Source: Arcobacteraceae bacterium (GTDB lineage Bacteria; Campylobacterota; Campylobacteria; Campylobacterales; Arcobacteraceae). Taken from it: DNA of 32,838 bases. Positions 8,264 to 16,859 of the stretch are shown piece after piece. The notes beneath the pieces are model-generated. The model made no database searches. It saw nothing but the letters and a program-made list of their open reading frames with translations, and was not told where the DNA came from. The position numbers were made by a program, and so were the translations under genes. Each line of letters begins with the position of its first letter. Position 1 is the stretch's first letter. The stretch covers positions 1-32,838 of the forward strand of contig JBLWVX010000032.1 in NCBI GenBank assembly GCA_048268245.1, given 5' to 3'.

Positions 8264-10528
8264 ATGAGTGAGAGCAAAGATTTTTTACGTGTTAAAGTTG
8301 AAGAGGACTTAAAAGCTGGTAAATATAAAGAGGTAGTTACAAGATTTCCTCCTGAGCCAAATGGTTTCCCTCATATAGGACATGCTAAATCAATCTGTAT
8401 AAATTTTGGTATTGCAAGTGATTACAATGGTCATTGTAATCTTAGAATGGATGATACAAACCCTACGAAAGAAGACACTAAATATGTAGAAGCCCTAAAA
8501 GATGCAGTTCAATGGCTTGGCTTTGATTGGGGGAAGAGTGTATATTTTACATCTGATTATTTCCCAAAAATATATGATTATGCAGTACAACTTATCAAAA
8601 TGGGTAAAGCATATGTAGATAGTATCGATGAAGAACAAATGAGAGAGTTCAGAGGTACTGTTACACAAGCTGGAAAAAGAAGTGAGTATGCAAATAGAAC
8701 AATAGAAGAGAATTTAGACCTTTTTGAAAAAATGAAAAATGGTGAGTTCAAAGATGGTGAACATGTATTAAGAGCTAAGATTGATATGGGTGCTGCAAAT
8801 ATGAAGCTTAGAGATCCACTTCTTTATAGAATTAGACATGCACATCACTTTAGAACAGGTAATAAATGGTGTATTTATCCTATGTATGACTTTGCTCATT
8901 GTTTATCTGATTACATTGAAGGTGTTACTCATTCTATTTGTACTTTAGAATTTGAAAACAACAGAGATATTTATGATTGGGTTTTAGATACTTTAGAACT
9001 TACTCCTCCAAGACCATATCAGCATGAGTTTGCAAGACTTGGTATAAACTATACTGTTATGAGTAAAAGAAAACTTTTAGAGTTAGTTGATGGTGGATAT
9101 GTTAATGGTTGGGATGATCCAAGAATGCCAACTATTGCAGGATATAAAAGAAGAGGGTATACAAAAGAGTCTATTATAAATTTCTGTGATCAAATTGGTA
9201 TTGCTAAAGCTAACTCTATGGTTGATGTTGCTCAATTAGAGTATTCAATTAGAGATGATTTAAATACAAAAGTTCCAAGAGTTATGGCTGTACTTGATCC
9301 AATAAAAGTAACTATTGAAAACTATGAAGGAAGTGAAGAGCTTGAAGCTTCATACTATCCTCATGATGTACCAAAAGAAGGTTCTAGAAAAATTCCTTTT
9401 AGTAGTGAACTTTATATAGAAAGAGATGACTTTAGTGAAAATCCTCCAAAAGGTTTTTATAGATTAACACCAGAACAACCTGTAAGATTAAGACATGGAT
9501 ATATTATCTCTTGTAAGGAAGTTATAAAAGATAGTGATGGAAATATCACTGAGTTAAAAGTAGAATATCATGCTGATTCAAAAAGTGGAAGTGATACAAG
9601 TGGTATTAAAGTAAAAAGTGCAATTCAATGGGTTAGTGCAAAAGATGCTAAAAAAATTGAAGTTAGACTTTATGATAGACTTTATAAAAATGAAGCACCA
9701 GAAAGTTTAGATGATTTAAATCCTAATTCACTTAAGATTATAAAAGATGCTTTAGTAGAACCTGCTGTGATTACTGAAAAACCAGATGAGAGATTCCAGT
9801 TTGAAAGACAAGGGTACTTTTATTCTGACCCTATTGATTATACTGAAGAAAATCCAGTATTTAATAAAATAGTAGGATTAAAAGACTCATGGGGTAAGAA
9901 AACTCAAAAAGCAAAACCTCAAGAAAAAACAACACCAAAAGCACAAGAGAAAAAAGTACAGATTGATGGAGAAGAAGCTCCTATGACTGATGAACAAAAA
10001 GCACTTTATGAAAAGTATACTACAAGTTATGCTTTAAATGATGCTATTTCTAACACTTTAGCAAGAGATGAAAAACTTTCTTCTTTTTATGAGAAAGCTT
10101 TAAAAAATGCACAAAATAACAAAGTTAGCTTAGCAAATATAGTTGTAACAGAAGTAGCAAGAGTTTTAAAAGAACAAGATGCAAACGAAGTAAAATTTGA
10201 TGAAAAACAAATCGCTTCTTTAGTATCTATGTTAGATGATAAAACTATTTCTTCAAAAATAGCAAAACAAGTATTTGAAGAAATGTTAAAAACAGGAAAA
10301 GACCCAAAACAAATAGTAGAAGAAAAAGGCTTAGTTCAAATAAGTGACCCAGCTGTAATCTCTCCTATAATTGATGAGGTTATCTCTAAAAACCCTGATA
10401 ATGTAGAAAAATTCAAAGCAGGAAATAATAAACTTTTAGGTTTCTTTGTAGGACAAGTTTTAAAAGCTACAGGTGGAAAAGCAAATCCTCAAATAGTAAA
10501 TAAACTAGTTGCCGAAGCTTTAAAATAA
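8264..10528 (+). CDS. glnS: Glutamine--tRNA ligase with C-terminal GatB/YqeY domain
   Basis: TRFPPEPNG..HIGH, MSKRK, GWDDPRMPTI, FQFERQGYF; C-terminal ~190 aa with 'ISSKIAKQVF...GLVQISD...GFFVGQVLKATGGKANP' as in GatB/YqeY. Confidence 0.96.
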   Translation: MSESKDFLRVKVEEDLKAGKYKEVVTRFPPEPNGFPHIGHAKSICINFGIASDYNGHCNLRMDDTNPTKEDTKYVEALKDAVQWLGFDWGKSVYFTSDYFPKIYDYAVQLIKMGKAYVDSIDEEQMREFRGTVTQAGKRSEYANRTIEENLDLFEKMKNGEFKDGEHVLRAKIDMGAANMKLRDPLLYRIRHAHHFRTGNKWCIYPMYDFAHCLSDYIEGVTHSICTLEFENNRDIYDWVLDTLELTPPRPYQHEFARLGINYTVMSKRKLLELVDGGYVNGWDDPRMPTIAGYKRRGYTKESIINFCDQIGIAKANSMVDVAQLEYSIRDDLNTKVPRVMAVLDPIKVTIENYEGSEELEASYYPHDVPKEGSRKIPFSSELYIERDDFSENPPKGFYRLTPEQPVRLRHGYIISCKEVIKDSDGNITELKVEYHADSKSGSDTSGIKVKSAIQWVSAKDAKKIEVRLYDRLYKNEAPESLDDLNPNSLKIIKDALVEPAVITEKPDERFQFERQGYFYSDPIDYTEENPVFNKIVGLKDSWGKKTQKAKPQEKTTPKAQEKKVQIDGEEAPMTDEQKALYEKYTTSYALNDAISNTLARDEKLSSFYEKALKNAQNNKVSLANIVVTEVARVLKEQDANEVKFDEKQIASLVSMLDDKTISSKIAKQVFEEMLKTGKDPKQIVEEKGLVQISDPAVISPIIDEVISKNPDNVEKFKAGNNKLLGFFVGQVLKATGGKANPQIVNKLVAEALK

Positions 10529-10536
10529 AACAAAAT

Positions 10537-10567
10537 AAAAGAAGTTAATAATATTAGCTTCTTTTTT
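10537..10567 (+). terminator. Intrinsic terminator after glnS
   Basis: AAAAGAAGTTAAT-AAT-ATTAGCTTCTTTT hairpin (one G-U pair) with T tail. Confidence 0.7.
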
Positions 10568-10587
10568 ATGAATATTAAAAAAGGATT

Positions 10588-11583
10588 TTGATGATAAATA
10601 CTAGTATAAATGCTTACATGCAAAATGGTGGAATTCAGAAGTCAAACTTACAAAATCAAAATGTAAATAAAGAATCAAATATTGATAAACCATCTATAAA
10701 TGATGAAATAAAGCTTGAAATTTCAGATGAATCAAATGCTTTAATGAAAATTGATAGTTTAGAAAAACAGTTAGAAGATATTTTTGGAACAAAAAAAGTA
10801 TTAACTTCCGATGAATTAAAAAAAGAAAGTGAACTTAAATCTCAAATAAAAGAATTAGAAATTAATAGTGAACTAGCTTATTCACAGGATGATAAAGACA
10901 TAATAAATAAAATAAATATAGAAATAGAAAAATTATTAGAAAAAGATTTTCATAGTGTTCAAGATGATGAACAACTATTTAGTTTAACTAAACAGTTAGA
11001 CGAGCTAGGTAAAAAGTATGAAGATTCAACACTTTCTACATCTGATAATACAAAAAAAGAGAAGTTAATAAAAGAGTTAAGAACTCTACAAGGACTTAAA
11101 AACCCAGATGCTTATGAATTAATTGAAGCAGATAAAATAAATAAAAAGATTGATATAGTTAAACTTGAATATCAAGTAAGTCAACTTGATAAAAATAGTG
11201 ATTCTTATATTTCTGATAGACAAGCACTTGATGAAAAGATTTCAGGTAATTTTGAATCTTTATCAAAACTTGATAATGAAAAAGAAAGATATAAAAGTGA
11301 AGAAGCAAGAGAAACTGCAAAACAATCAATACAGACAAGCCTTTTAAATATTGATTCTATAAAAGATAGCTTCTATAATTCAAAAACTTTATCTAATAGT
11401 TACGACAATCTGTTTAATTTAGATAAGGCTGATACAAATAGTATAGATTCCAATGAACCAAAAGAAAATAATAAATGGTTGAACTTCTTAGAAGATTCAA
11501 GAAAAGACCTTTATTCATCAAATATGAGTGAAAATGAAAAAATACAAAACTTAATGCAAAGAGTTAGTGTTTTACATGAATAA
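10588..11583 (+). CDS. Hypothetical acidic coiled-coil protein
   Basis: 331-aa ORF with RBS AAGGA; rich in K/E/D/S/N, helical, no recognisable catalytic motif. Confidence 0.75.
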   Translation: MMINTSINAYMQNGGIQKSNLQNQNVNKESNIDKPSINDEIKLEISDESNALMKIDSLEKQLEDIFGTKKVLTSDELKKESELKSQIKELEINSELAYSQDDKDIINKINIEIEKLLEKDFHSVQDDEQLFSLTKQLDELGKKYEDSTLSTSDNTKKEKLIKELRTLQGLKNPDAYELIEADKINKKIDIVKLEYQVSQLDKNSDSYISDRQALDEKISGNFESLSKLDNEKERYKSEEARETAKQSIQTSLLNIDSIKDSFYNSKTLSNSYDNLFNLDKADTNSIDSNEPKENNKWLNFLEDSRKDLYSSNMSENEKIQNLMQRVSVLHE

Positions 11584-11639
11584 AATATATCTAAAACACA
11601 TAAATATTTTTATAAATAAAAAAAGCAGGTTATTCTAGT

Positions 11640-12284
11640 ATGAAAGTAAAAAAAATAAAAAGATCTAAAACTCAAACTATTACAGAACAAGTTTATAAGC
11701 AGTTAGAACAAAAGATTGTTTTTTGTGAAATTGAACCAGGAAGTGTTTTAACAGAAAAAGAGATTTGTGATATGTTAGGTGCAGGAAGAACTCCTGTTCG
11801 TGAAGCTTTACTTTTATTGTCTAAACGTTTTTTAGTTAACTTTTCAAAGTTAGGTATTATGATTCCAGAAATGAATTCATCAATACAACTACAACTTTTA
11901 GAAATGAGAAGACCTATATTGAAAACTTGTGTAGAGTGTGCTATAAAAAGACTTACACAGATTGACAAAGATAATATTGCTGAGTTATTAGACTCTGTAG
12001 ATGATTTAACAGAACCTGAATTTTTAAACTGGCTAGAAAAAAGACAAGAAGTTTTATCTAAAGCATCAAAGAATTTCTTTATTTATGAAGAGCTTAGAAA
12101 TGTACAAGGCTTATCAAGAAGGTTTTGGTACTACTATTCAAAAAAAGAAGATAATATTGTAGTTAGAGATTTACATAAAAAGATATTAAAAGCTGTATAT
12201 GATGAAAATGAAAAAGATGCAGTAAAATATGTTGATGAAATCATAGATTATATAGAAAACTTTGTGAAAAAGAATTCAATTTAA
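11640..12284 (+). CDS. GntR/FCD-family transcriptional regulator (paralog 1)
   Basis: wHTH 'EQVYKQLEQKIVFCEIEPGSVLTE...LGAGRTPVREAL' plus helical C-terminal domain. Confidence 0.92.
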   Translation: MKVKKIKRSKTQTITEQVYKQLEQKIVFCEIEPGSVLTEKEICDMLGAGRTPVREALLLLSKRFLVNFSKLGIMIPEMNSSIQLQLLEMRRPILKTCVECAIKRLTQIDKDNIAELLDSVDDLTEPEFLNWLEKRQEVLSKASKNFFIYEELRNVQGLSRRFWYYYSKKEDNIVVRDLHKKILKAVYDENEKDAVKYVDEIIDYIENFVKKNSI

Positions 12285-12389
12285 CCCTACTAAAAATAAA
12301 ATTTTTCAATAAGCATTTTTTTAACATAGAATTATTACTAAAAGTTTAAATTCTACTATTCTTAATATTTACACTTTTCTTACAGCTAA

Positions 12390-12431
12390 ACTTAACGTAA
12401 ACTTATAATATATTTTAAGTTTACGTTAAGT
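12390..12431. promoter_or_regulatory. Palindromic operator, copy 1, containing a TATAAT -10-like box, upstream of porin
   Basis: ACTTAACGTAAACTTA-TAATATATTT-TAAGTTTACGTTAAGT: 16-bp perfect arms around an AATATATT palindromic core; recurs at 13843. Confidence 0.8.
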
Positions 12432-12476
12432 AATGATAAGATAGAATTTTCTAAATATAATTTAAGGGGAAAAAAT

Positions 12477-13619
12477 ATGAAAAAATTAAGTCTTAGTTTA
12501 ATAGCTACATTAGCGATTTTTAGTACTGCAAATGCAGATAGTTTATCAGAAGCATTTGCAAATGCAAAAGTATCAGGGGAGTTAAAATCACAGTTCTATC
12601 AAAAAGAGAGTAATGATTCAAAAACTGTAAATATTTGGACAAATGGTATAAATCTTACATATGAAACAGGTGATTATAATGGTTTAAGTACTGCTTTTAC
12701 ATTTCAAGGTGCATCAGTAGGTACTGAGGATTTAGATGAAAATCCAACAGCTTACAATGCAGATCAAAATGTAAGCGGAGCAGTTTTGTCTCAAGCATAT
12801 ATTAAATATAAAATGAATAACACAACGGTAAAAGTAGGTAGACAATATCTATCAACACCACTAATAGCATCTTCTGGTTCAAGAATTTTCAAAGAATCTT
12901 TTCAAGCTGCAACTTTAACAAATACAGATATTAAAGATACTTCAATTTCATTAATGTATGTAAATAAATACCAAGGAAGAACAGATGGAAATGAAGGTGC
13001 ACCTTCTTTTGATAAGTTAGGTGATGGAGTATTTTCTATCTATGCTACTAATAAATCAATTAAAAACTTAAGTTTAGCTGCTCAATATGTTGAAGCAAAA
13101 GACTTAGTTGCTAATAATACAAAAGATGTAAGTATTTATTATTTAAATGCAGAATATGATTTTGATGCCTTCAAACTAGGTGCGCAATATTATGGTTCTG
13201 ATGATAATGGTGCAGCTAATAATGATGGAAATGCTTATGCTTTAAAAGCCTCAACAAATATTAATGATTTATCTTTAGGGGCTTCATATAGTGAGGTTTC
13301 AAAAGATGGTGGAATTGATGCTTGGCATTTAGGAAATGGAGCTGATTATATTTATACATGGAGTTGGTATGCTGGGTCTAGATATTCAGCAGATATGAAA
13401 GCTACAAAGCTTGAAGCCGGGTATAAATTTACAGAAGATTTATCTGCAAATATTATGCATATAAGTTGGAAAACAAGTACAAGCTCTACTACAAAAGAGA
13501 CAGATTTTATATTAGATTATAAGGTTTCTAATGATCTTTCATTAAGATGGTTACATGGACAACTAGATAATGCAAGTAATGAATACCAATCAAGACTTTA
13601 TGCCTCTTATAAATTTTAA
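12477..13619 (+). CDS. Outer-membrane porin, OprD/Campylobacterota MOMP-like
   Basis: Signal peptide then 'ADSLSEAFANAKVSGELK', 'LSQAYIKY', 'KVGRQYLSTPL', C-terminal 'RLYASYKF' beta-signal. Confidence 0.9.
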   Translation: MKKLSLSLIATLAIFSTANADSLSEAFANAKVSGELKSQFYQKESNDSKTVNIWTNGINLTYETGDYNGLSTAFTFQGASVGTEDLDENPTAYNADQNVSGAVLSQAYIKYKMNNTTVKVGRQYLSTPLIASSGSRIFKESFQAATLTNTDIKDTSISLMYVNKYQGRTDGNEGAPSFDKLGDGVFSIYATNKSIKNLSLAAQYVEAKDLVANNTKDVSIYYLNAEYDFDAFKLGAQYYGSDDNGAANNDGNAYALKASTNINDLSLGASYSEVSKDGGIDAWHLGNGADYIYTWSWYAGSRYSADMKATKLEAGYKFTEDLSANIMHISWKTSTSSTTKETDFILDYKVSNDLSLRWLHGQLDNASNEYQSRLYASYKF

Positions 13620-13620
13620 A

Positions 13621-13708
13621 TATTAATTCCTCTTTTGAGGAGTTAATAAAATTTAAAAGACAAAACTATCATTTGTTCTCCTAAATTTTTAAATGATCGT
13701 TTTGTCTT
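13621..13708 (+). terminator. Two tandem hairpins after the porin (terminator / 3' stabiliser)
   Basis: TATTAATTCCTC-TTTT-GAGGAGTTAATA (13621-13648) and an 18-bp inverted repeat with 1 mismatch, AAGACAAAACTATCATTT...AAATGATCGTTTTGTCTT (13657-13708). Confidence 0.6.
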
Positions 13709-13842
13709 CTAAGTTTTAGCTTTTTTGATACTAAAATCTACCTTCATATAAAAAACTATCTCAAACTAATATATTTCATTAAAGAATAAAAAGTTACTGT
13801 TAAAATTAAAAGAAAAAGAAGCAAATTTTCAATATAAAAGTA

Positions 13843-13880
13843 TTAATGTAAACTTATAATATATTTTAAGTTTACATTAA
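13843..13880. promoter_or_regulatory. Palindromic operator, copy 2, upstream of the Rid-ALDH operon
   Basis: TTAATGTAAACTTA-TAATATATTT-TAAGTTTACATTAA; 36/38 identical to copy 1, and the two differences are a symmetric pair. Confidence 0.8.
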
Positions 13881-13949
13881 GTAAACATCTAGTAAACTTT
13901 TTTTATATCATTTATATATAAGATATACAGATAATAAAAAAGGAATTTT

Positions 13950-14336
13950 ATGAGTAATAAAAAAACACCAGTTAAAACAGAGTTATTTGCTTCTAAAGCA
14001 CCATTAGAGTGGGCAATTACTGCGAATAATACTTTATATACGGCACAAATACCAATTGATGAGACAGGAAAAGTAGTTGAGGGTGGAATTGAAGCTCAAA
14101 CAAGAAAAACTTTTGAAAACCTTGTTCATACTTTAGAGTGTGCAGGAGTTAGTACAAATGAAGTATTACAAGTGTTAATTTATGTTACTGATAGAGAATA
14201 TTTAGCTACAGTAAATAAAGTATATGCTGAATATTTTGAAGCTCCATATCCAAATAGAGCAGCAGTTGTTGTAGCTGGTCTTGCTAGAGAAGAGATGCTT
14301 GTAGAGTTTGTAGTATACGCTCAAGCAAGTAAATAA
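13950..14336 (+). CDS. Rid (YjgF/YER057c/UK114) family enamine/imine deaminase
   Basis: 'LYTAQIP', 'IEAQTRKTFENL', 'NKVYAEYFEAPYPNRA' with the catalytic Arg retained, 'LVEF'. Confidence 0.9.
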   Translation: MSNKKTPVKTELFASKAPLEWAITANNTLYTAQIPIDETGKVVEGGIEAQTRKTFENLVHTLECAGVSTNEVLQVLIYVTDREYLATVNKVYAEYFEAPYPNRAAVVVAGLAREEMLVEFVVYAQASK

Positions 14337-14361
14337 TTAAAATCAATACAAAGGAAAATAG

Positions 14362-15810
14362 ATGACTTATAATTACGAAGAAGGTTTATACATTAATGGA
14401 AAATGGCAAAAAGGTGTTTCTACAATAGAAAATATCAATCCATCAGATATTTCAGAAAATATCGGAAATGTTGCACAAGCAAGTGTAGAGCAAGTTAATG
14501 AAGCAATTGTAGCAGCAAAAACAGCTCAGCCATCTTGGGAAAAAACTCCTTTAGAGCATAAAGTAAACGTACTTCAAGCAATTGGTGATGAACTAATTCA
14601 AAGATGTGAAGAGTTAGGTGAACTATTGGCAAGAGAAGAGGGTAAATCAAAAGCTGAGGGTAAAGGTGAAATTTATAGATCAGGTCAATTTTTCCAATAT
14701 TATGCAGCTGAGGTTTTAAGACAAATTGGTGAGAATGCAGCATCTGTAAGACCTGGTATTGATATTGATGTTACAAGAGAAGCAGTTGGTGTTGTTGGTA
14801 TTATTTCTCCTTGGAATTTCCCTACTGCAACAGCAGCATGGAAAATTGCTCCTGCTTTAGCATTTGGTAACGCAGTTATTTGGAAACCAGCAAACTTAAC
14901 TCCTGCATCAGCAGTGGCTTTAACTGAAATTATTTCAAGACAAGATATTCCAGCAGGTACATTTAACTTAGTTTTAGGTTCGGGTGGAACAGTTGGTGAT
15001 ACATTAATTAATTCAAAAGAGATTAATGCTATTTCATTTACAGGTTCTGTTGAAACAGGTAGAAAAATTGCAGTAGCAACTTCTGCTAATTTTGTTAAGT
15101 GTCAATTAGAAATGGGAAGTAAAAACTCACTTGTTGTTGCTTCTGATGCTGATATTTCTGTAGCAGTTGAATCTGCAATTGCTGGTGCATTCTCTGGTAC
15201 TGGCCAAAAATGTACAGCTTCTTCAAGATTAATCGTAATGGAAGATGTACATGATGAATTTGTAGAAGCAATGGTTAAAAGAATGGCTGAATTAAAAGTT
15301 GGACATTGTTTAGAAGATGGAATTTTTATGGGTCCTGTTTCTGATAAAAATCAATTTGAATCTAACTTTAGATGGATTGAAAGAGCAAAAGAACTGGGTG
15401 GTAAACTAGTATTTGGTGGAGAGAAATTAAACTTAGAAAAAGAGGGATACTATATGAGTCCTACTTTATTTATTGATACTAAAAATGATTGGGATGTAAA
15501 CCAAGAAGAGGTTTTTGCACCTATGGCTTGTGTAATTAAAGTAAAAGATTTAGATGAAGCAATTAAAACTGCAAATGACACAAGATTTGGATTAACAGCT
15601 GGAATTATTACTCAAAGTTTAAAAACAGCAGCTATCTTTAAAAAAGAGGCACAAAGTGGTTGTGTAATGGTAAATCTTCCAACAGCAGGTACTGATTATC
15701 ATGTACCATTTGGTGGTAGAAAAGAATCAAGTTTCGGACCAAGAGAACAAGGTTCGTACGCAAAAGAATTCTACACGATTGTAAAAACAGCATACCAAAA
15801 ACCTTATTAA
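14362..15810 (+). CDS. NAD(P)-dependent aldehyde dehydrogenase (KGSADH/YcbD-like subgroup)
   Basis: PWNFP, WKPA, FTGS, LEMGSKN (catalytic Glu), GQKCTA (catalytic Cys), EEVFAP, VPFGGRKESSFG. Confidence 0.93.
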   Translation: MTYNYEEGLYINGKWQKGVSTIENINPSDISENIGNVAQASVEQVNEAIVAAKTAQPSWEKTPLEHKVNVLQAIGDELIQRCEELGELLAREEGKSKAEGKGEIYRSGQFFQYYAAEVLRQIGENAASVRPGIDIDVTREAVGVVGIISPWNFPTATAAWKIAPALAFGNAVIWKPANLTPASAVALTEIISRQDIPAGTFNLVLGSGGTVGDTLINSKEINAISFTGSVETGRKIAVATSANFVKCQLEMGSKNSLVVASDADISVAVESAIAGAFSGTGQKCTASSRLIVMEDVHDEFVEAMVKRMAELKVGHCLEDGIFMGPVSDKNQFESNFRWIERAKELGGKLVFGGEKLNLEKEGYYMSPTLFIDTKNDWDVNQEEVFAPMACVIKVKDLDEAIKTANDTRFGLTAGIITQSLKTAAIFKKEAQSGCVMVNLPTAGTDYHVPFGGRKESSFGPREQGSYAKEFYTIVKTAYQKPY

Positions 15811-15818
15811 GGATAAAT

Positions 15819-16808
15819 ATGTATAAAGATCAAATTATTATTGATGGTTTACAGTATTGTAAATGGGACAGAGACTATTTCCTTTCACTTCAAAAAAGTG
15901 GAATAACTGCTGTTCACGTTACACTTGTTTACCATGAGATGGCAAGAGAAACTTTAACAAGGTTTGCTCAATGGAATAAATATTTTGAACAAAATAGTGA
16001 TTTGATTATGCCTGTAATGAACATGAAAGATGTTCACAAGGCAAAATCTACTGGTAAAGTAGGTGTCTTCTTTGGAGCGCAAAATTGCTCTCCAATAGAT
16101 GACGAAATAGGATTAATTGAAGTAATGAGAAAACAAGGTTTACTTATTATGCAATTAACTTATAATAATCAAAGTCTATTAGCGACAGGTTGTTATGAGC
16201 AAAATGATAGCGGAATTACTAGATTTGGTAAACAAGCTATTGAAGAAATGAATAGAGTTGGAATGATTGTTGATATGTCACATAGTGCTGAACGTTCAAC
16301 ACTAGAAGCAATTGATATTTCATCAAGACCTATTTGTATTTCACATGCAAACCCAACTTTTGCCCATGATGCTTTAAGAAATAAATCAAATGAAGTTATT
16401 AAAGCATTGGCTTCAAGAGGCGGGTTACTAGGGTTCTCTTTATATCCATTTCATTTACCAAATGGAAGTAAATGTACTTTAGATGATTTTTGTGAAATGA
16501 TAGCAAAAACTGCTGATTTAGTTGGAGTTGATCATTTAGGTATTGGAAGTGATTTATGTTTAAACCAACCTCAAGAAGTTTTAGAGTGGATGAGAAATGG
16601 AAAATGGTCTAAAGCAATGGATTATGGAGAAGGTAATGCTTCTAATTCTGGATGGCCAGATGATTTACCTTGGTTTAAAGATGAGTTGGGAATGGAAAAT
16701 ATTTATAATGGATTACTTAAGTATGGATTTCAAGAGAAAGAAGCTAATCAAATTCTTGGCGGGAACTGGTATAGCTTCTTAAAAGACGGTTTAGAACCTA
16801 AAAGTTAG
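15819..16808 (+). CDS. Membrane/renal dipeptidase (M19) family amidohydrolase with atypical metal ligands
   Basis: QLTYN, 'GITRFG..AIEEMNRVGMIVDMSH', SHAN, 'GVDHLGIGSD', 'ILGGNW'. Confidence 0.9.
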   Translation: MYKDQIIIDGLQYCKWDRDYFLSLQKSGITAVHVTLVYHEMARETLTRFAQWNKYFEQNSDLIMPVMNMKDVHKAKSTGKVGVFFGAQNCSPIDDEIGLIEVMRKQGLLIMQLTYNNQSLLATGCYEQNDSGITRFGKQAIEEMNRVGMIVDMSHSAERSTLEAIDISSRPICISHANPTFAHDALRNKSNEVIKALASRGGLLGFSLYPFHLPNGSKCTLDDFCEMIAKTADLVGVDHLGIGSDLCLNQPQEVLEWMRNGKWSKAMDYGEGNASNSGWPDDLPWFKDELGMENIYNGLLKYGFQEKEANQILGGNWYSFLKDGLEPKS

Positions 16809-16859
16809 TCTATAAGAAAAACTTTTGGGTGATATTATCAAAAATATCATAAAAAGGAT

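Noticed and set aside
12390..13880. Palindromes as transposon ends, integron attC sites or CRISPR repeats flanking the porin
   Set aside because: Only two close copies, each positioned just upstream of a start codon and containing TATAAT; no transposase, integrase, cas gene or spacer array.
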